Program-made: the position numbers and the translations under genes
The notes under the pieces: model-generated
What the model was told of the DNA's origin: nothing
Database searches by the model: none
What the model saw: only the letters and a program-made list of their open reading frames with translations
Source: a virus
Taxonomy: Duplodnaviria; Caudoviricetes
IMG/VR virus record: IMGVR_UViG_3300036766_000429
Location: 1 to 54,942 of that record
Length of the DNA stretch: 54,942 nucleotides
Direction: 5' to 3' (one strand)
Shown here: positions 38,732 through 49,067 of the stretch, in pieces
Layout: the number at the start of each line of letters is the position of its first letter
Position numbering within the stretch: position 1 is the first letter of the stretch

Positions 38732-39692
38732 CACAAAATATTTTCCATTTTCTCCCGGAATACCTTGGAAGATAAAAAATAATAAATACGTTGTCCCAGA
38801 AATTACTACAGATACATGGAAAGATACGCTAAAAGATCGTGATATTGTTATTTTATCTCACGGAGGATTATTAGAATCATTTTTCTCTTTATATTTTGTT
38901 GCCGCGATAAATAAAATAGAGTCTAACAATATATATTGGGCTGGAAATAAAGAATTTGAGCCATTAATAAAAGCCAACGCCATATCCAAATATAAAGAAG
39001 TGCCAGATATAGCTCATAAATATCCGGTGCCTTTATTTTTAGGTAATGATAATTTGGCGTATTTTAATTGTCTGAATAATTATTTGATTATGCAAAGTTA
39101 TTATTTAAGAAATGATTATGAACGCACAGAGCCCGTTGTAAAGCAAATATTTGATAATTTGATGTTAGAATATAAATCTGAATACAAACCGAAATTTAAT
39201 TACTTTGATTATGTTGAATATAAAAAATGGGCGGATACAAATAAATTTTATGATAATCAGAAATTTATCTTTATAATATTAAACCACACAAAATATTCAA
39301 ATCATAATATAGATTGTTTAAATTGGGGATGGGATGATGTTCTTAATTTTGCGGCTATAATAAAACGTTTTGATATTAATATAGTTGTGTGCTCTGATAA
39401 TAATATTGTTTTGCCCTATAAAGCCGGTATATTTATTGCCCCGGTTAAATTACCTATAATATTTCCGTTATTAGAAAAATCTTGGATGATATTATCGCAG
39501 GATATTGACTATTTATTAGTTTCATTATGGGCATCTAAATCAAATGTAGTTTTTAATAATTTGCGCAAACTAAAAAAGAGCGCATTTAACGTATATAAAA
39601 ATGCCGAGGTTTTAGAGTCAGAGTGCCAAATAATCGGATCTAATGATTTAAACCCAATGGAAGTATATACAGCAATAGAAGGATTAGTTTAA
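38715..39692 (+). CDS. Hypothetical protein, possibly a divergent GT9-like GT-B fold
   Basis: IVILSHGGLLESFFS resembles a degenerate GT9 N-terminal loop; located in the GT cluster. Confidence 0.35.
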   Translation: MKSKYSTKYFPFSPGIPWKIKNNKYVVPEITTDTWKDTLKDRDIVILSHGGLLESFFSLYFVAAINKIESNNIYWAGNKEFEPLIKANAISKYKEVPDIAHKYPVPLFLGNDNLAYFNCLNNYLIMQSYYLRNDYERTEPVVKQIFDNLMLEYKSEYKPKFNYFDYVEYKKWADTNKFYDNQKFIFIILNHTKYSNHNIDCLNWGWDDVLNFAAIIKRFDINIVVCSDNNIVLPYKAGIFIAPVKLPIIFPLLEKSWMILSQDIDYLLVSLWASKSNVVFNNLRKLKKSAFNVYKNAEVLESECQIIGSNDLNPMEVYTAIEGLV

Positions 39693-40435
39693 TGACTGCT
39701 AACATAATGTGTGTAACGTACAACAGATTACCATTGACCAAGCAAACATTTGATTCTTTGTGCGAAACAACAGATTATCCTTTTAATTTAATTGTTATAG
39801 ATAATGCTTCGTCCGATGGCACCAAGGAATATTTAGAAAGTTTAAAACTAGAGTGTAAATATTTAAAACAAACTGTAATAAGGTATAATTCTGAAAATAA
39901 AGGTATTGCTGTTGGTAGAAATCAAGGGCTGGTGGAGGCTAACAAACTAGATGGAGAATGGTTAGTCACTTTAGACAACGACGTTATTTTGCCGAATGGA
40001 TGGTTGAGTGAATGCATTGATGTCCTAGAAAATAATCCTACATATGCTGCGTGTGGAGTAAATTTTGAAGATACTAAATATCCATTGGTAACAAAAAACG
40101 GAGTAGAGTTCCAGAATAAATCTCAGGGTAATTTGGGAACCGCCTGCATGTGCTTCAATAAAAAAATACATAAACTGATCGGTTTTTTTAATACGTCTTA
40201 TGGCCATTATGGGCTTGAAGATGCGGACTATGGTCTTAGGCTTAGAGCAATAAAGCTTCAATTATGTTATTTAAAAGAAAACGGTAATCACATTGGCTCT
40301 GGAGAAAATGACAAAGGAGAATACAGGAAGTGGAAAACGGAAACCCATGATAAATTTCTAAAAGACTTTAACGCTAATTGTGCTGCTTATTACAACAGAA
40401 CAAAACCAATATACATTCCATTCAAAGAGGAATAA
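39692..40435 (+). CDS. Glycosyltransferase family 2
   Basis: VTYNR, IVIDNASSDGT, NKGIAVGRN, TLDND, YGLEDADY. Confidence 0.9.
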   Translation: MTANIMCVTYNRLPLTKQTFDSLCETTDYPFNLIVIDNASSDGTKEYLESLKLECKYLKQTVIRYNSENKGIAVGRNQGLVEANKLDGEWLVTLDNDVILPNGWLSECIDVLENNPTYAACGVNFEDTKYPLVTKNGVEFQNKSQGNLGTACMCFNKKIHKLIGFFNTSYGHYGLEDADYGLRLRAIKLQLCYLKENGNHIGSGENDKGEYRKWKTETHDKFLKDFNANCAAYYNRTKPIYIPFKEE

Positions 40436-43135
40436 TTGGATCTTGTCAGAAATATATCCATATCAGAGCTTAAAAGTTATGTTACAGCCTCTCGTGCGTG
40501 TAAATTTGGGCAAACATATGAACTAGACGCTAAATTTGGAGCTTTAGAATTAGATTTTAGCGTTTTTAATACAGCTGATATATGTAATGTATATGTTCGG
40601 CGCAAATCTGGAAACGGCCAGTCTATTATAAATGATAAAGAAACGAGCATATTAAGTAAATCCCGCCAAAATTTACAAATACAACTAGATAGTAGCAAAA
40701 AATTAATAATCAAAAGGACTCAAAATAGTTTAGGAATAATAGAAATTTTAAGCATAGACTTGTATACATCTGGAACTAATGGAGAATCGAAAGTGTCAGA
40801 ATGGAAAAATACATTAAACAGATGCAAATCATATAAATGTATTCGTATTGTTGACGGTCGTCTATATGCTTCAGAGGGTGCTCTTGTTGAGGCGGATAAC
40901 ATTGCACAGGTATCAACTAATCCTCCAAATATGTTTAAACTAAGTGATGGAAATGTTAAATTTCTTGGCACTTGCGAAATAACAGAATTACAAATAAATA
41001 GCGAAAGGCAAAATGTTCCAGTTTTATATCAGCTATCGGAGATGCCCCCAGCGCCTATTACATTACAACCCATAGCGTACAAAGTAATTACATCAATGAC
41101 AAACGAACAAAGCTCAGATTCATTGCCAATATATAATGTGTTGTATGAAGCCGCCCCTAGCCATTTGTTTCGGCTTAACGCAATTAAAGATTCTAAATTT
41201 AACGGCAAAAGTATTATATTGGGAGTTAACGGCAAAATAACCATACCAATACAAGAGATACACCCAAACTCTAATTATATAGTGATAATTGAGGCAAGTA
41301 AAACAATAGGAAATGGAAAATTAACTGCGTACATTCAGTCAGCGCAGGGTGTAGAGCCGGCTTTCGCTTTTTGTTCAGAGGTTCATAGGGCAATTAACTT
41401 AAGGGTTAGTAGCTCAAACATTCCAGAAGACGGTATGTTTAAACTGGTAATAGCCCGACCTGATTCATCTACTGGCGAAGTTGCAATTTCCAAAGTCATA
41501 TTAATAGCAGATCAAAATTACAAACTACCTATAAAATACAGACCGCCGCCGTATCAAAGCCCAGTATATGACGATAATTCAATTAAAAGCACAATAATAT
41601 CAAACAAACTAGCTCCTGTAAAATTAAGGAATGAAATAGATTTGCGACCAGGGAAAGATAGAAAGTTCGTGATTATTATTCCTAGCTATAATAATGAGGG
41701 GTATGTTGTTAAAAATTTAGAGTCAGCACTAAGCCAAAGCTACAAAAACTACAGAGTAATATATATAGATGACTGTTCTTCCGACAGCACATTCGAGACT
41801 GCTAAAGCAACAATTGATCGTACTGGAGGTAATATAAGAACAAATCTAGTAAAAAACCTAACTAGAGTTGGTGCATTAGAAAATTTATATAACGCAATTC
41901 ACAGTTGTGCGGACGATGAGATTGTTTTGACTTTAGACGGAGATGACTGGTTAGCACATAATCACGTTCTTAATTACCTTAACCAGGCGTATAATAGCGG
42001 CGACGTATGGATGACATATGGGCAGTACGAAAACAGTAACGATAGGACGATAGGAACTTGCCAACAAATACCAAATAATATTATTGATAAAAATGGATTT
42101 AGGGGTTATGCATGGTGTTCTTCTCATTTAAGAACATTTTATGCTTGGTTATTTAAAAAAATCAATAGAGATGATTTGATGGCCGATGGAAGGTTCTATA
42201 GTATGACTTGGGATTTTGCTATGATGTTCCCTATGCTTGAAATGGCGGGTCAACACTCAAGATTTATGAACGACATATTATATATTTATAATTTAGACAA
42301 TCCATTAAACGATCACAAAGTTGATAGAAGATTACAGGCGCAACTTGACAAATCAATAAGAAACAAACAAAAATATAATACGATAAATATTTCTAGCGAT
42401 AAAAATCCAAACAAAACAAAAATTGGTTTATTGTTAATATCTACCGGAAAATATCACTCATTTATAGACCCACTAATATCATCAGCAGATAGATACTTTT
42501 TTAATACTGATGATTTTGAGGTATCTTACTTTTTATTTTCTGACAAGGAACATGATTTGGGCACTCATCGAAATGTAACGCAAATCCATATTGATCATGT
42601 TCCGTTTCCATACGCAACCATGGATAGATTTAAACATTTTACTAATAATAGTGATAAATTTGATGGTATGGATTATCTTTATTATGTAGATATAGATTGT
42701 TTGTTTATGAACGCCGTTTCTTCTGAGGCGCTAGGAGATCTTGTGGGGGTAAGGCATTGTGGATACTATAGTGGAGGCGGAACTTTTGAAAACAATACCA
42801 AATCAGTATTTTGCAGACCTCTAAATAATTACAAACATTACTATGGCGGCGGTTATCAAGGAGGAAAAAAAGAAAACTACTTACAGCTAGCAAAATGGTG
42901 TTATGAGAAGATAGAAGAAGATTTAAAAAATAACATTATACCAATTTATCATGACGAAACAGCTTTAAACACATATTTTTCCGAAACCCCGCCAACAATA
43001 GAATTATCGCCTCAGTACCATTACCCTCAGAACGCGGAGCACTTTATAAAAGAGCAGCCTAAGATGCGTTATTTAGCTGATATGCTGCCTATAATTTTAT
43101 TGTTAGAAAAAGACCACAAAGAGATAAGATCATGA
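40436..43135 (+). CDS. Multidomain glycosyltransferase: unknown N-terminal beta domains + GT2 + GT6 (ABO/alpha-1,3-Gal(NAc)T-like)
   Basis: GT2 part from ~41660 (FVIIIPSYN, IDDCSSD, LDGDDW). GT6 part from ~42419 (IGLLLISTGKY, YFLFSD, DYLYYVDID, YYGGGYQGG, HDETALNTYF). Confidence 0.85.
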   Translation: MDLVRNISISELKSYVTASRACKFGQTYELDAKFGALELDFSVFNTADICNVYVRRKSGNGQSIINDKETSILSKSRQNLQIQLDSSKKLIIKRTQNSLGIIEILSIDLYTSGTNGESKVSEWKNTLNRCKSYKCIRIVDGRLYASEGALVEADNIAQVSTNPPNMFKLSDGNVKFLGTCEITELQINSERQNVPVLYQLSEMPPAPITLQPIAYKVITSMTNEQSSDSLPIYNVLYEAAPSHLFRLNAIKDSKFNGKSIILGVNGKITIPIQEIHPNSNYIVIIEASKTIGNGKLTAYIQSAQGVEPAFAFCSEVHRAINLRVSSSNIPEDGMFKLVIARPDSSTGEVAISKVILIADQNYKLPIKYRPPPYQSPVYDDNSIKSTIISNKLAPVKLRNEIDLRPGKDRKFVIIIPSYNNEGYVVKNLESALSQSYKNYRVIYIDDCSSDSTFETAKATIDRTGGNIRTNLVKNLTRVGALENLYNAIHSCADDEIVLTLDGDDWLAHNHVLNYLNQAYNSGDVWMTYGQYENSNDRTIGTCQQIPNNIIDKNGFRGYAWCSSHLRTFYAWLFKKINRDDLMADGRFYSMTWDFAMMFPMLEMAGQHSRFMNDILYIYNLDNPLNDHKVDRRLQAQLDKSIRNKQKYNTINISSDKNPNKTKIGLLLISTGKYHSFIDPLISSADRYFFNTDDFEVSYFLFSDKEHDLGTHRNVTQIHIDHVPFPYATMDRFKHFTNNSDKFDGMDYLYYVDIDCLFMNAVSSEALGDLVGVRHCGYYSGGGTFENNTKSVFCRPLNNYKHYYGGGYQGGKKENYLQLAKWCYEKIEEDLKNNIIPIYHDETALNTYFSETPPTIELSPQYHYPQNAEHFIKEQPKMRYLADMLPIILLLEKDHKEIRS

Positions 43136-43923
43136 TAAAATTAATAAAATGTATAGGAAAATGTGGTTTAGAAAAAGAGGCCAGCAAAGACAATTTTTAT
43201 TGGCGCAAAGATTCTAATAAATGGCGCGCGGAATGTATTATTTGTGTATGTAAAAGAAGAGGCGATAATCATCAAAAAAACAAAGAAATAGAAAATAAAA
43301 AAGCAAAACAAAGATACGAAAACAATAAAGAAAAAATTGCAATTTATAATAAAAAATACAGAGAGGATAATTCAAAAGAAATATCAAAAAACAAACAAAA
43401 ATATTATTTAGAAAACAAAGTTACTGTATTAAATAATGTAAAAATATACAGACCTAAAAATATAGACAAAATAAATGAATACAAAAGAGAGTATCATAAA
43501 ATAAAATACAAAGAAAATTTGATTTATAAACTAAGACATGATGTATCTTCTAAAATTAGTAAGGGCCTAAAAAAGAATTTAGGATCTAAGTTTGACGAAT
43601 CAATAACGATATATTTATGTTACACAACTGGGGTTTTAATATCTTATATAACGTCATTATTTGAGCCGTGGATGACCTGGGAAAACAGAGGAAAATATAA
43701 TAAAAAAACTTGGAATGATAATGATCCTTCTACTTGGACTTGGCAATTAGATCATATTATTCCGCAGTCAGATCTGCCATATGCCGAAATGTCGCATAAC
43801 GCGGATAGTAATTTTCAAAAATGTTGGGCCTTGTCTAACTTAAGGCCATTAAGTTCTAAGCAAAATGTTATTGATGGAGTCAGAAGAACTCGCCATAAGA
43901 AAACAAATGCCAGTAACCTATAA
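43132..43923 (+). CDS. Free-standing HNH endonuclease between the GT6 and GT11 genes
   Basis: CIGKCGLEKE...NFYWRKD...ECIIC zinc ribbon; WQLDHIIPQSDLPY...CWALSNLRPLSSKQN. Confidence 0.8.
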   Translation: MIKLIKCIGKCGLEKEASKDNFYWRKDSNKWRAECIICVCKRRGDNHQKNKEIENKKAKQRYENNKEKIAIYNKKYREDNSKEISKNKQKYYLENKVTVLNNVKIYRPKNIDKINEYKREYHKIKYKENLIYKLRHDVSSKISKGLKKNLGSKFDESITIYLCYTTGVLISYITSLFEPWMTWENRGKYNKKTWNDNDPSTWTWQLDHIIPQSDLPYAEMSHNADSNFQKCWALSNLRPLSSKQNVIDGVRRTRHKKTNASNL

Positions 43924-44632
43924 AGATCTTGGTAAAAATGGCCGCTTGGGCAACGCTATTTTCGAAATGTGCGCAGCTATTGGCCTGGCAGTAAAGCACA
44001 GTGATAGCTACATCTTTCCTTATTGGCAATATTCTGAAAGTTTTAACTTTCCATCAGGGAGCTTTATCGCAGAGAACAACATTAAATATGATAATACATA
44101 TGTGGAAAAATCATTTACGTACAACGAAATACCATATAGCCAAAACTTGAACCTGGAGGGATATTATCAAAGTTACAAATATTTCGAGCATTGTAAGCAT
44201 TATATTTCAGATGTGTTTACGATGAAAAATATGTCGCCAATAAATAATACGGCAATTCATGTGAGGCGTGGAGATTATATTAATTTAGGTAATTCGTACT
44301 ATATAGATTTGGCTGCCACAAATTATTACGAGCAAGCAATGGAAATTATTGGGCCGGGTAATTATTTGATATTTTCTGACGATCCTGCTTGGTGCAGAAA
44401 CAGATTTAAAGGGATAGATGTTGTCGAGTCAGGCGGAGATGTTATACAAGACTTTAATATGTTGCTAAGGTGTGAAAACCAAATCATAGCAAATAGCAGT
44501 TTTTCTTGGTGGGCGGCATATTTAAACAGAAACCCAAACAAAAAAGTAATAGCTCCTAAAAATTGGTTTGGGCATAAATTATCTTATAACGATACTAGGG
44601 ATCTTATACCAACAGATTGGATGCTTATATGA
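43907..44632 (+). CDS. Glycosyltransferase family 11 (alpha-1,2-fucosyltransferase-like; start revised to ATG 43907)
   Basis: GRLGNAIF, EGYYQSYKYF, AIHVRRGDY, IFSDD, IIANSSFSWWAAYL, VIAPKNWF. Confidence 0.92.
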   Translation: MPVTYKDLGKNGRLGNAIFEMCAAIGLAVKHSDSYIFPYWQYSESFNFPSGSFIAENNIKYDNTYVEKSFTYNEIPYSQNLNLEGYYQSYKYFEHCKHYISDVFTMKNMSPINNTAIHVRRGDYINLGNSYYIDLAATNYYEQAMEIIGPGNYLIFSDDPAWCRNRFKGIDVVESGGDVIQDFNMLLRCENQIIANSSFSWWAAYLNRNPNKKVIAPKNWFGHKLSYNDTRDLIPTDWMLI

Positions 44633-45291
44633 TTTATCCAGATCCTTCCAAAAATATAGGCACTGAGTTCGAAGTTGATAAATCAATTATTTCTAACTTT
44701 GTTATTGAAAAGTTGCCCTTAACTAGAACCTACCCACTAGATGAGCTTATGTTGATGACGGCGGTAGTTTGTAGATTTAAACCGCAATTAATATTAGAAT
44801 GGGGCACTAATATTGGAATTTCTGCTAAAATTTTTTACGAAATTGTAGAGGGATTTGGTTTAGATTCAGAAATTCATTCTATTGATTTGCCGGATGATGT
44901 AGTTCACTCAGAGCACGATCCTAATGTTGTCGGATCTTTTATAAAAGGCATCGACAAAATTCATCTACACAAAGGAGATGGATTAACGTGTTCGCTAGAA
45001 ATTATTAAAAACAATAATATAAACAGAAATATTTTGTTTTTTGTCGATAGAAATCATCATTATGACGCTGTAAAACATGAGATTACTACAATTTTATCAA
45101 ATGTTAAAACTGCGGTGATATTAGCTCATGATACGTTTTATCAATCTGAGAACTCTGGGTATTATGTTGGGCCATTTAACGCAGTAAAAGATACGTTAAA
45201 AAATTACAATGATTATAAATTGGTTACTATGAATATTGGCGGGCCGGGAATGTCGTTAATATACAATTTAAACAATTTGAGGACAAGATGA
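44629..45291 (+). CDS. Class I SAM-dependent methyltransferase (Methyltransf_24/CmcI-like)
   Basis: ILEWGTNIGIS, IHSIDL, FFVD..HHY, ILAHDT; ATGA overlap with GT11. Confidence 0.75.
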   Translation: MIYPDPSKNIGTEFEVDKSIISNFVIEKLPLTRTYPLDELMLMTAVVCRFKPQLILEWGTNIGISAKIFYEIVEGFGLDSEIHSIDLPDDVVHSEHDPNVVGSFIKGIDKIHLHKGDGLTCSLEIIKNNNINRNILFFVDRNHHYDAVKHEITTILSNVKTAVILAHDTFYQSENSGYYVGPFNAVKDTLKNYNDYKLVTMNIGGPGMSLIYNLNNLRTR

Positions 45292-45944
45292 CAGATTGGT
45301 GGAATAAAAACGTAGAAAACAACCTAGAAACATTCTTTAGCTGGGTTAAAGACTTTAATAATTTAAACAAAGTTTATTGTAGAAATCACGTTAAAAATAA
45401 TAACTATAAAAGCATCTTAGATTGCGGATGTGGCTTCGCTACAGAATATTATGGGTATAAATACGATGATTATGCTATAAAATATACCGGAGTTGATAGT
45501 TGTAAATATTTTATTAATTTTAATACTACACAAGGCATTAGCATGATTGATGCCGACCTTGACGGTGAACTTCCAATTGAAAGCAATTCATATGATTGCG
45601 TATTTAGCAGAGAGGTAATAGAGCACCTTCCGTATTATGAAAAAGCAATAAGCGAATTTATTAGAATTGGGACAAAAGAGATTATTATAGTTTGGTTTTT
45701 GAAGCCTGGTTCACTTCCATTATGCGGAGATGAATTACCAGAGTCATTAAAAAATAAACCATGGATAAGTGCCGGAGAAGATCAAATTAATTATTGGGAA
45801 GAGGAAGATTTGTTCCATAATGTATACGCTATTAATAAATTTGAAAGTTTTGTTTTATCAAACCCAAAGGTAAAAAAAATAACTTGGAATGATTTTAGTG
45901 AAAAAGAAAGCGTTTTACATATAGCCTTGAAGGATATTTTATAA
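45288..45944 (+). CDS. Class I SAM-dependent methyltransferase
   Basis: ILDCGCG, YTGVD, SYDCVFSREVIEHL. Confidence 0.85.
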   Translation: MTDWWNKNVENNLETFFSWVKDFNNLNKVYCRNHVKNNNYKSILDCGCGFATEYYGYKYDDYAIKYTGVDSCKYFINFNTTQGISMIDADLDGELPIESNSYDCVFSREVIEHLPYYEKAISEFIRIGTKEIIIVWFLKPGSLPLCGDELPESLKNKPWISAGEDQINYWEEEDLFHNVYAINKFESFVLSNPKVKKITWNDFSEKESVLHIALKDIL

Positions 45945-46888
45945 TGAAATTTTCTAAAGCTATTATTTGGGGGCATAAAGAAAATACACATAGTCATTCG
46001 TATATTCACTTAGGGTTTTATAAAGCCTTAAAACATCTTGGCTATGATACATATTGGTTGAATGATGACGATGATGTTTCTGGCATTGATTTTAATAATT
46101 CGTTATTCATTACAGAATGCCAAGTAGAGAAAAATATACCAATTTCAAAAACCAGCAAATACATATCGCACAATATAGGTACAGAATACATATCATCTAC
46201 AACCGGTGAAATTTTATATAGTACTGGGCGGCCATTAAAATTTAATCGTTTTTATGAGCCAGATATTATTATTGATACATTTGGTTATTGTTCCATTAAA
46301 AACGCTGAGAAAGTAAATGATTATAGTTATGTAAATGGCAACATACTAATACAACCTTGGGCAACAGATCTTTTGCCGCACGAATTTGATTTTGATTTGG
46401 CGTTAAAGAAAAGAAAAATGGAAGCTTATTTTTTCGGAACAGTAGTAAGCTCTGGATGGAACAATAATAAAAAAGAAATAGATATATTTAGAGAAACTTG
46501 CTCATTAAATGGAATTATATTTGACTATCGTGGTCTTTACTCGAAAGAATATATTAAAAACGAAGAGGCTATAACCCTAATGCGTCAAGCTACCGCGGCT
46601 CCCGCAATACAGAGCAAAGATCAAATTGATGCAGGGTACATCTCTTGTAGATTTTTCAAAAATATTAGTTATGGGCACTATGGGCTCACAAACTGCGCTG
46701 CGGTATATAATATTTTTAACAAGCATATTCAAGGATTAATTTATGATGATCCAAAAAATATGATTGATAGTTTGTTTAAATTAGAAAAAAATGATTATAA
46801 TAAATCCATTTTAATTGAACAAATGAAATATGTACAAAACAATCATACATACATAAACAGACTTAATTTTATTCTGGAAAGATTATAA
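45944..46888 (+). CDS. Putative GT-B glycosyltransferase (CgeB-like)
   Basis: GFYKALKHLGY, CRFFKNISYG, NHTYINRL C-terminal motif. Confidence 0.55.
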   Translation: MKFSKAIIWGHKENTHSHSYIHLGFYKALKHLGYDTYWLNDDDDVSGIDFNNSLFITECQVEKNIPISKTSKYISHNIGTEYISSTTGEILYSTGRPLKFNRFYEPDIIIDTFGYCSIKNAEKVNDYSYVNGNILIQPWATDLLPHEFDFDLALKKRKMEAYFFGTVVSSGWNNNKKEIDIFRETCSLNGIIFDYRGLYSKEYIKNEEAITLMRQATAAPAIQSKDQIDAGYISCRFFKNISYGHYGLTNCAAVYNIFNKHIQGLIYDDPKNMIDSLFKLEKNDYNKSILIEQMKYVQNNHTYINRLNFILERL

Positions 46889-47613
46889 TGTCAAAAGTAG
46901 CAATAGCAATAGTTGTATTTAATATTTCAAGCCTTATCTCAATACAAGTTGAGTTTATAAAACGATTTTGCACTGATAATAATTTTGATATTATAATTAC
47001 AGATAATAGTAACAATACTACGGAAGCTAGTCTTATAAAAACACATGCTGATAATTTGGGGTTACGCTATTTTAAAACAAGTTTTGGAGAAGATTTTAGC
47101 CAAAGTCACGCTGCTGCCTGTAATTATTCATATAAAGCACTAAAAGACCTATATGATTACATATTCTTTTTAGATCACGATAATTTTCCTATAAAAAACT
47201 TTTCTGTAAAAGATATTTTAAATGATAAAATTATTGGCGGGGTTGGACTGATTAGGCCGCCCGATAAGTATTATTTTTGGCCCGGATGTGTAATGTTTAA
47301 TCAAAAAATAATAGAAAAAAACTTAGTTGATTTTTCTGTAAATTATAACTTTGGATTAGATACCGGAGGAAATTTATATCAGATAATTGATAAGTATGGC
47401 CTTGACAATTGCGTATTTTTCAATAAGAAAGAAGTTGTAAATGATACTTTTAATTGGTATAAAACATCTTACGATGTAATATATAATAAAGAGTCAGATC
47501 CTTTGTTTTGCTTTATGCATTTTAGAAGCTCATCCAATTGGAATAAGGCAGATCGCAATGATGAACGTATTAATTCACTACTTGTAATACTAAACAATAA
47601 GGCCAATGAATGA
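46888..47613 (+). CDS. Putative GT-A glycosyltransferase
   Basis: IIITDNS, IFFLDHDNF (DxD), DTGG, HFRSSSNW. Confidence 0.55.
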   Translation: MSKVAIAIVVFNISSLISIQVEFIKRFCTDNNFDIIITDNSNNTTEASLIKTHADNLGLRYFKTSFGEDFSQSHAAACNYSYKALKDLYDYIFFLDHDNFPIKNFSVKDILNDKIIGGVGLIRPPDKYYFWPGCVMFNQKIIEKNLVDFSVNYNFGLDTGGNLYQIIDKYGLDNCVFFNKKEVVNDTFNWYKTSYDVIYNKESDPLFCFMHFRSSSNWNKADRNDERINSLLVILNNKANE

Positions 47614-48281
47614 CCTCTTGCCTTCTTATATCTGGACTAGCAAGACACGTTGAAATATCATATGATAATATATTAAAAAATATTATTGAGCCAAATAAAC
47701 CAGATGTATTTATTCATACATGGTTAGATACCGACATTAATCCAGGGTTAGACTCAACAATATTAAACCTATACAAACCAAAAAAAATCGTAATGGAAAA
47801 AGGGTTATCATTTAATAATACTAATCTCAATATGGATAGGATGATGGCTTCATACGCAAAGCCGTATGTAAGAAATAGTTTTGTTGAAACTTTCTATAGC
47901 GCTTGGTATAGCGTACAACAATCTAATATAATAAAGGAACAACACAGACTTGAGAATAATTTAGTTTATGATTATTGTATTAGGGCGAGGTTTGATATAA
48001 ATTATAGCATACCTATCATTTGTGAAAATTATGATAAAAATATTATTCACCTATCAAATAGAGATTTGCCGGCAGAAATGATTGATGATAGGTTTGCTTT
48101 TGCTTCCAACTCCATAATGAACACTTATTGTAGTAATTTTAACTTCATAGACTTCATACACGAAATGAAAGATAAAAAAGACGGAATATTTTGCGGAGAA
48201 ACAATTGTCTATGAAATGTGTAAAATGCACAATATAAAATATTCAAAAATAGGAAACTTACACTGTAGCCACGTTAGGTAA
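47610..48281 (+). CDS. Putative glycosyltransferase-like protein (SG.R / DVFIHTW / R.RFD family)
   Basis: CLLISGLAR, DVFIHTW, YDYCIRARFD, DDRFAF; paralogous to 49064..50050. Confidence 0.5.
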   Translation: MTSCLLISGLARHVEISYDNILKNIIEPNKPDVFIHTWLDTDINPGLDSTILNLYKPKKIVMEKGLSFNNTNLNMDRMMASYAKPYVRNSFVETFYSAWYSVQQSNIIKEQHRLENNLVYDYCIRARFDINYSIPIICENYDKNIIHLSNRDLPAEMIDDRFAFASNSIMNTYCSNFNFIDFIHEMKDKKDGIFCGETIVYEMCKMHNIKYSKIGNLHCSHVR

Positions 48282-48284
48282 ATA

Positions 48285-49067
48285 ATGATAAATTTTATAG
48301 CCGGAGGTATGATGGGTGACTTCATTCATTCATTGTATGCTGTTAAAAATATATGTGAACAAAAAGCGGACAAAGCAAACCTTTACTTATCAGATGGGGA
48401 CGGTGATGTTTGGAAGTTTGGCTTACAAAGAACACATGACGACTTAAATGATCTAATCATGTCTCAACCATATATAAATTCTTTTAACATTTGTAAAATG
48501 AGTGAATTTAAAGAGTCTTTTATAAACCTAAATGACTGGAGAAGAATTCTCAGGCATACAGATGCTGGATATGAAAATTGTTGGTCAGATGTTTTATCTG
48601 AGTGTTACGGATTTTCTATTCCGCCTGATTATAAATGGCTTAACGACAAACCAAACGAAACAGTATCTGGCAAAATTTTAATACATAAATCTACTCATCG
48701 TCATAACCCTGAATTTCCGTGGGCTAAAATATTAAACAATTTAAATGATGACATTTTGTTCTTAACATCAAATTCTGACGAGTGGGATAAATTTCAATTT
48801 AAAAGCGCAAAAATTAAACTACATCACGTATCTACTATAACCGAGATGGCATCTGCTATAGGGTCGTGTAAAGCGTTTATAGGAAATCAATCAGCTCCGG
48901 CCGCGTTAGCTTGTGCGCTAGATGTCCAGAGGCTTGTTGAGCTTGATGCGGATCCTTCAAAATTTTATATGGACGAAACTAAATACTCAAACAATGTTTC
49001 TTGGTTTCTAAACTGTTCAAACAAATTCTTGACTAAAACTCTTATTGATTTAACTGGCCAACTGTGA
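48285..49067 (+). CDS. GT9-like (heptosyltransferase-fold) glycosyltransferase
   Basis: GGMMGDFIHSL and AIGSCKAFIGNQSAPAALA motifs. Confidence 0.6.
   Translation: MINFIAGGMMGDFIHSLYAVKNICEQKADKANLYLSDGDGDVWKFGLQRTHDDLNDLIMSQPYINSFNICKMSEFKESFINLNDWRRILRHTDAGYENCWSDVLSECYGFSIPPDYKWLNDKPNETVSGKILIHKSTHRHNPEFPWAKILNNLNDDILFLTSNSDEWDKFQFKSAKIKLHHVSTITEMASAIGSCKAFIGNQSAPAALACALDVQRLVELDADPSKFYMDETKYSNNVSWFLNCSNKFLTKTLIDLTGQL

Noticed and set aside
359-43923. Group I introns or inteins hosting the HNH genes
   Set aside because: Flanking genes look complete, HNH ORFs overlap or abut neighbours with no room for a ribozyme core, and no intein splice motifs were seen.
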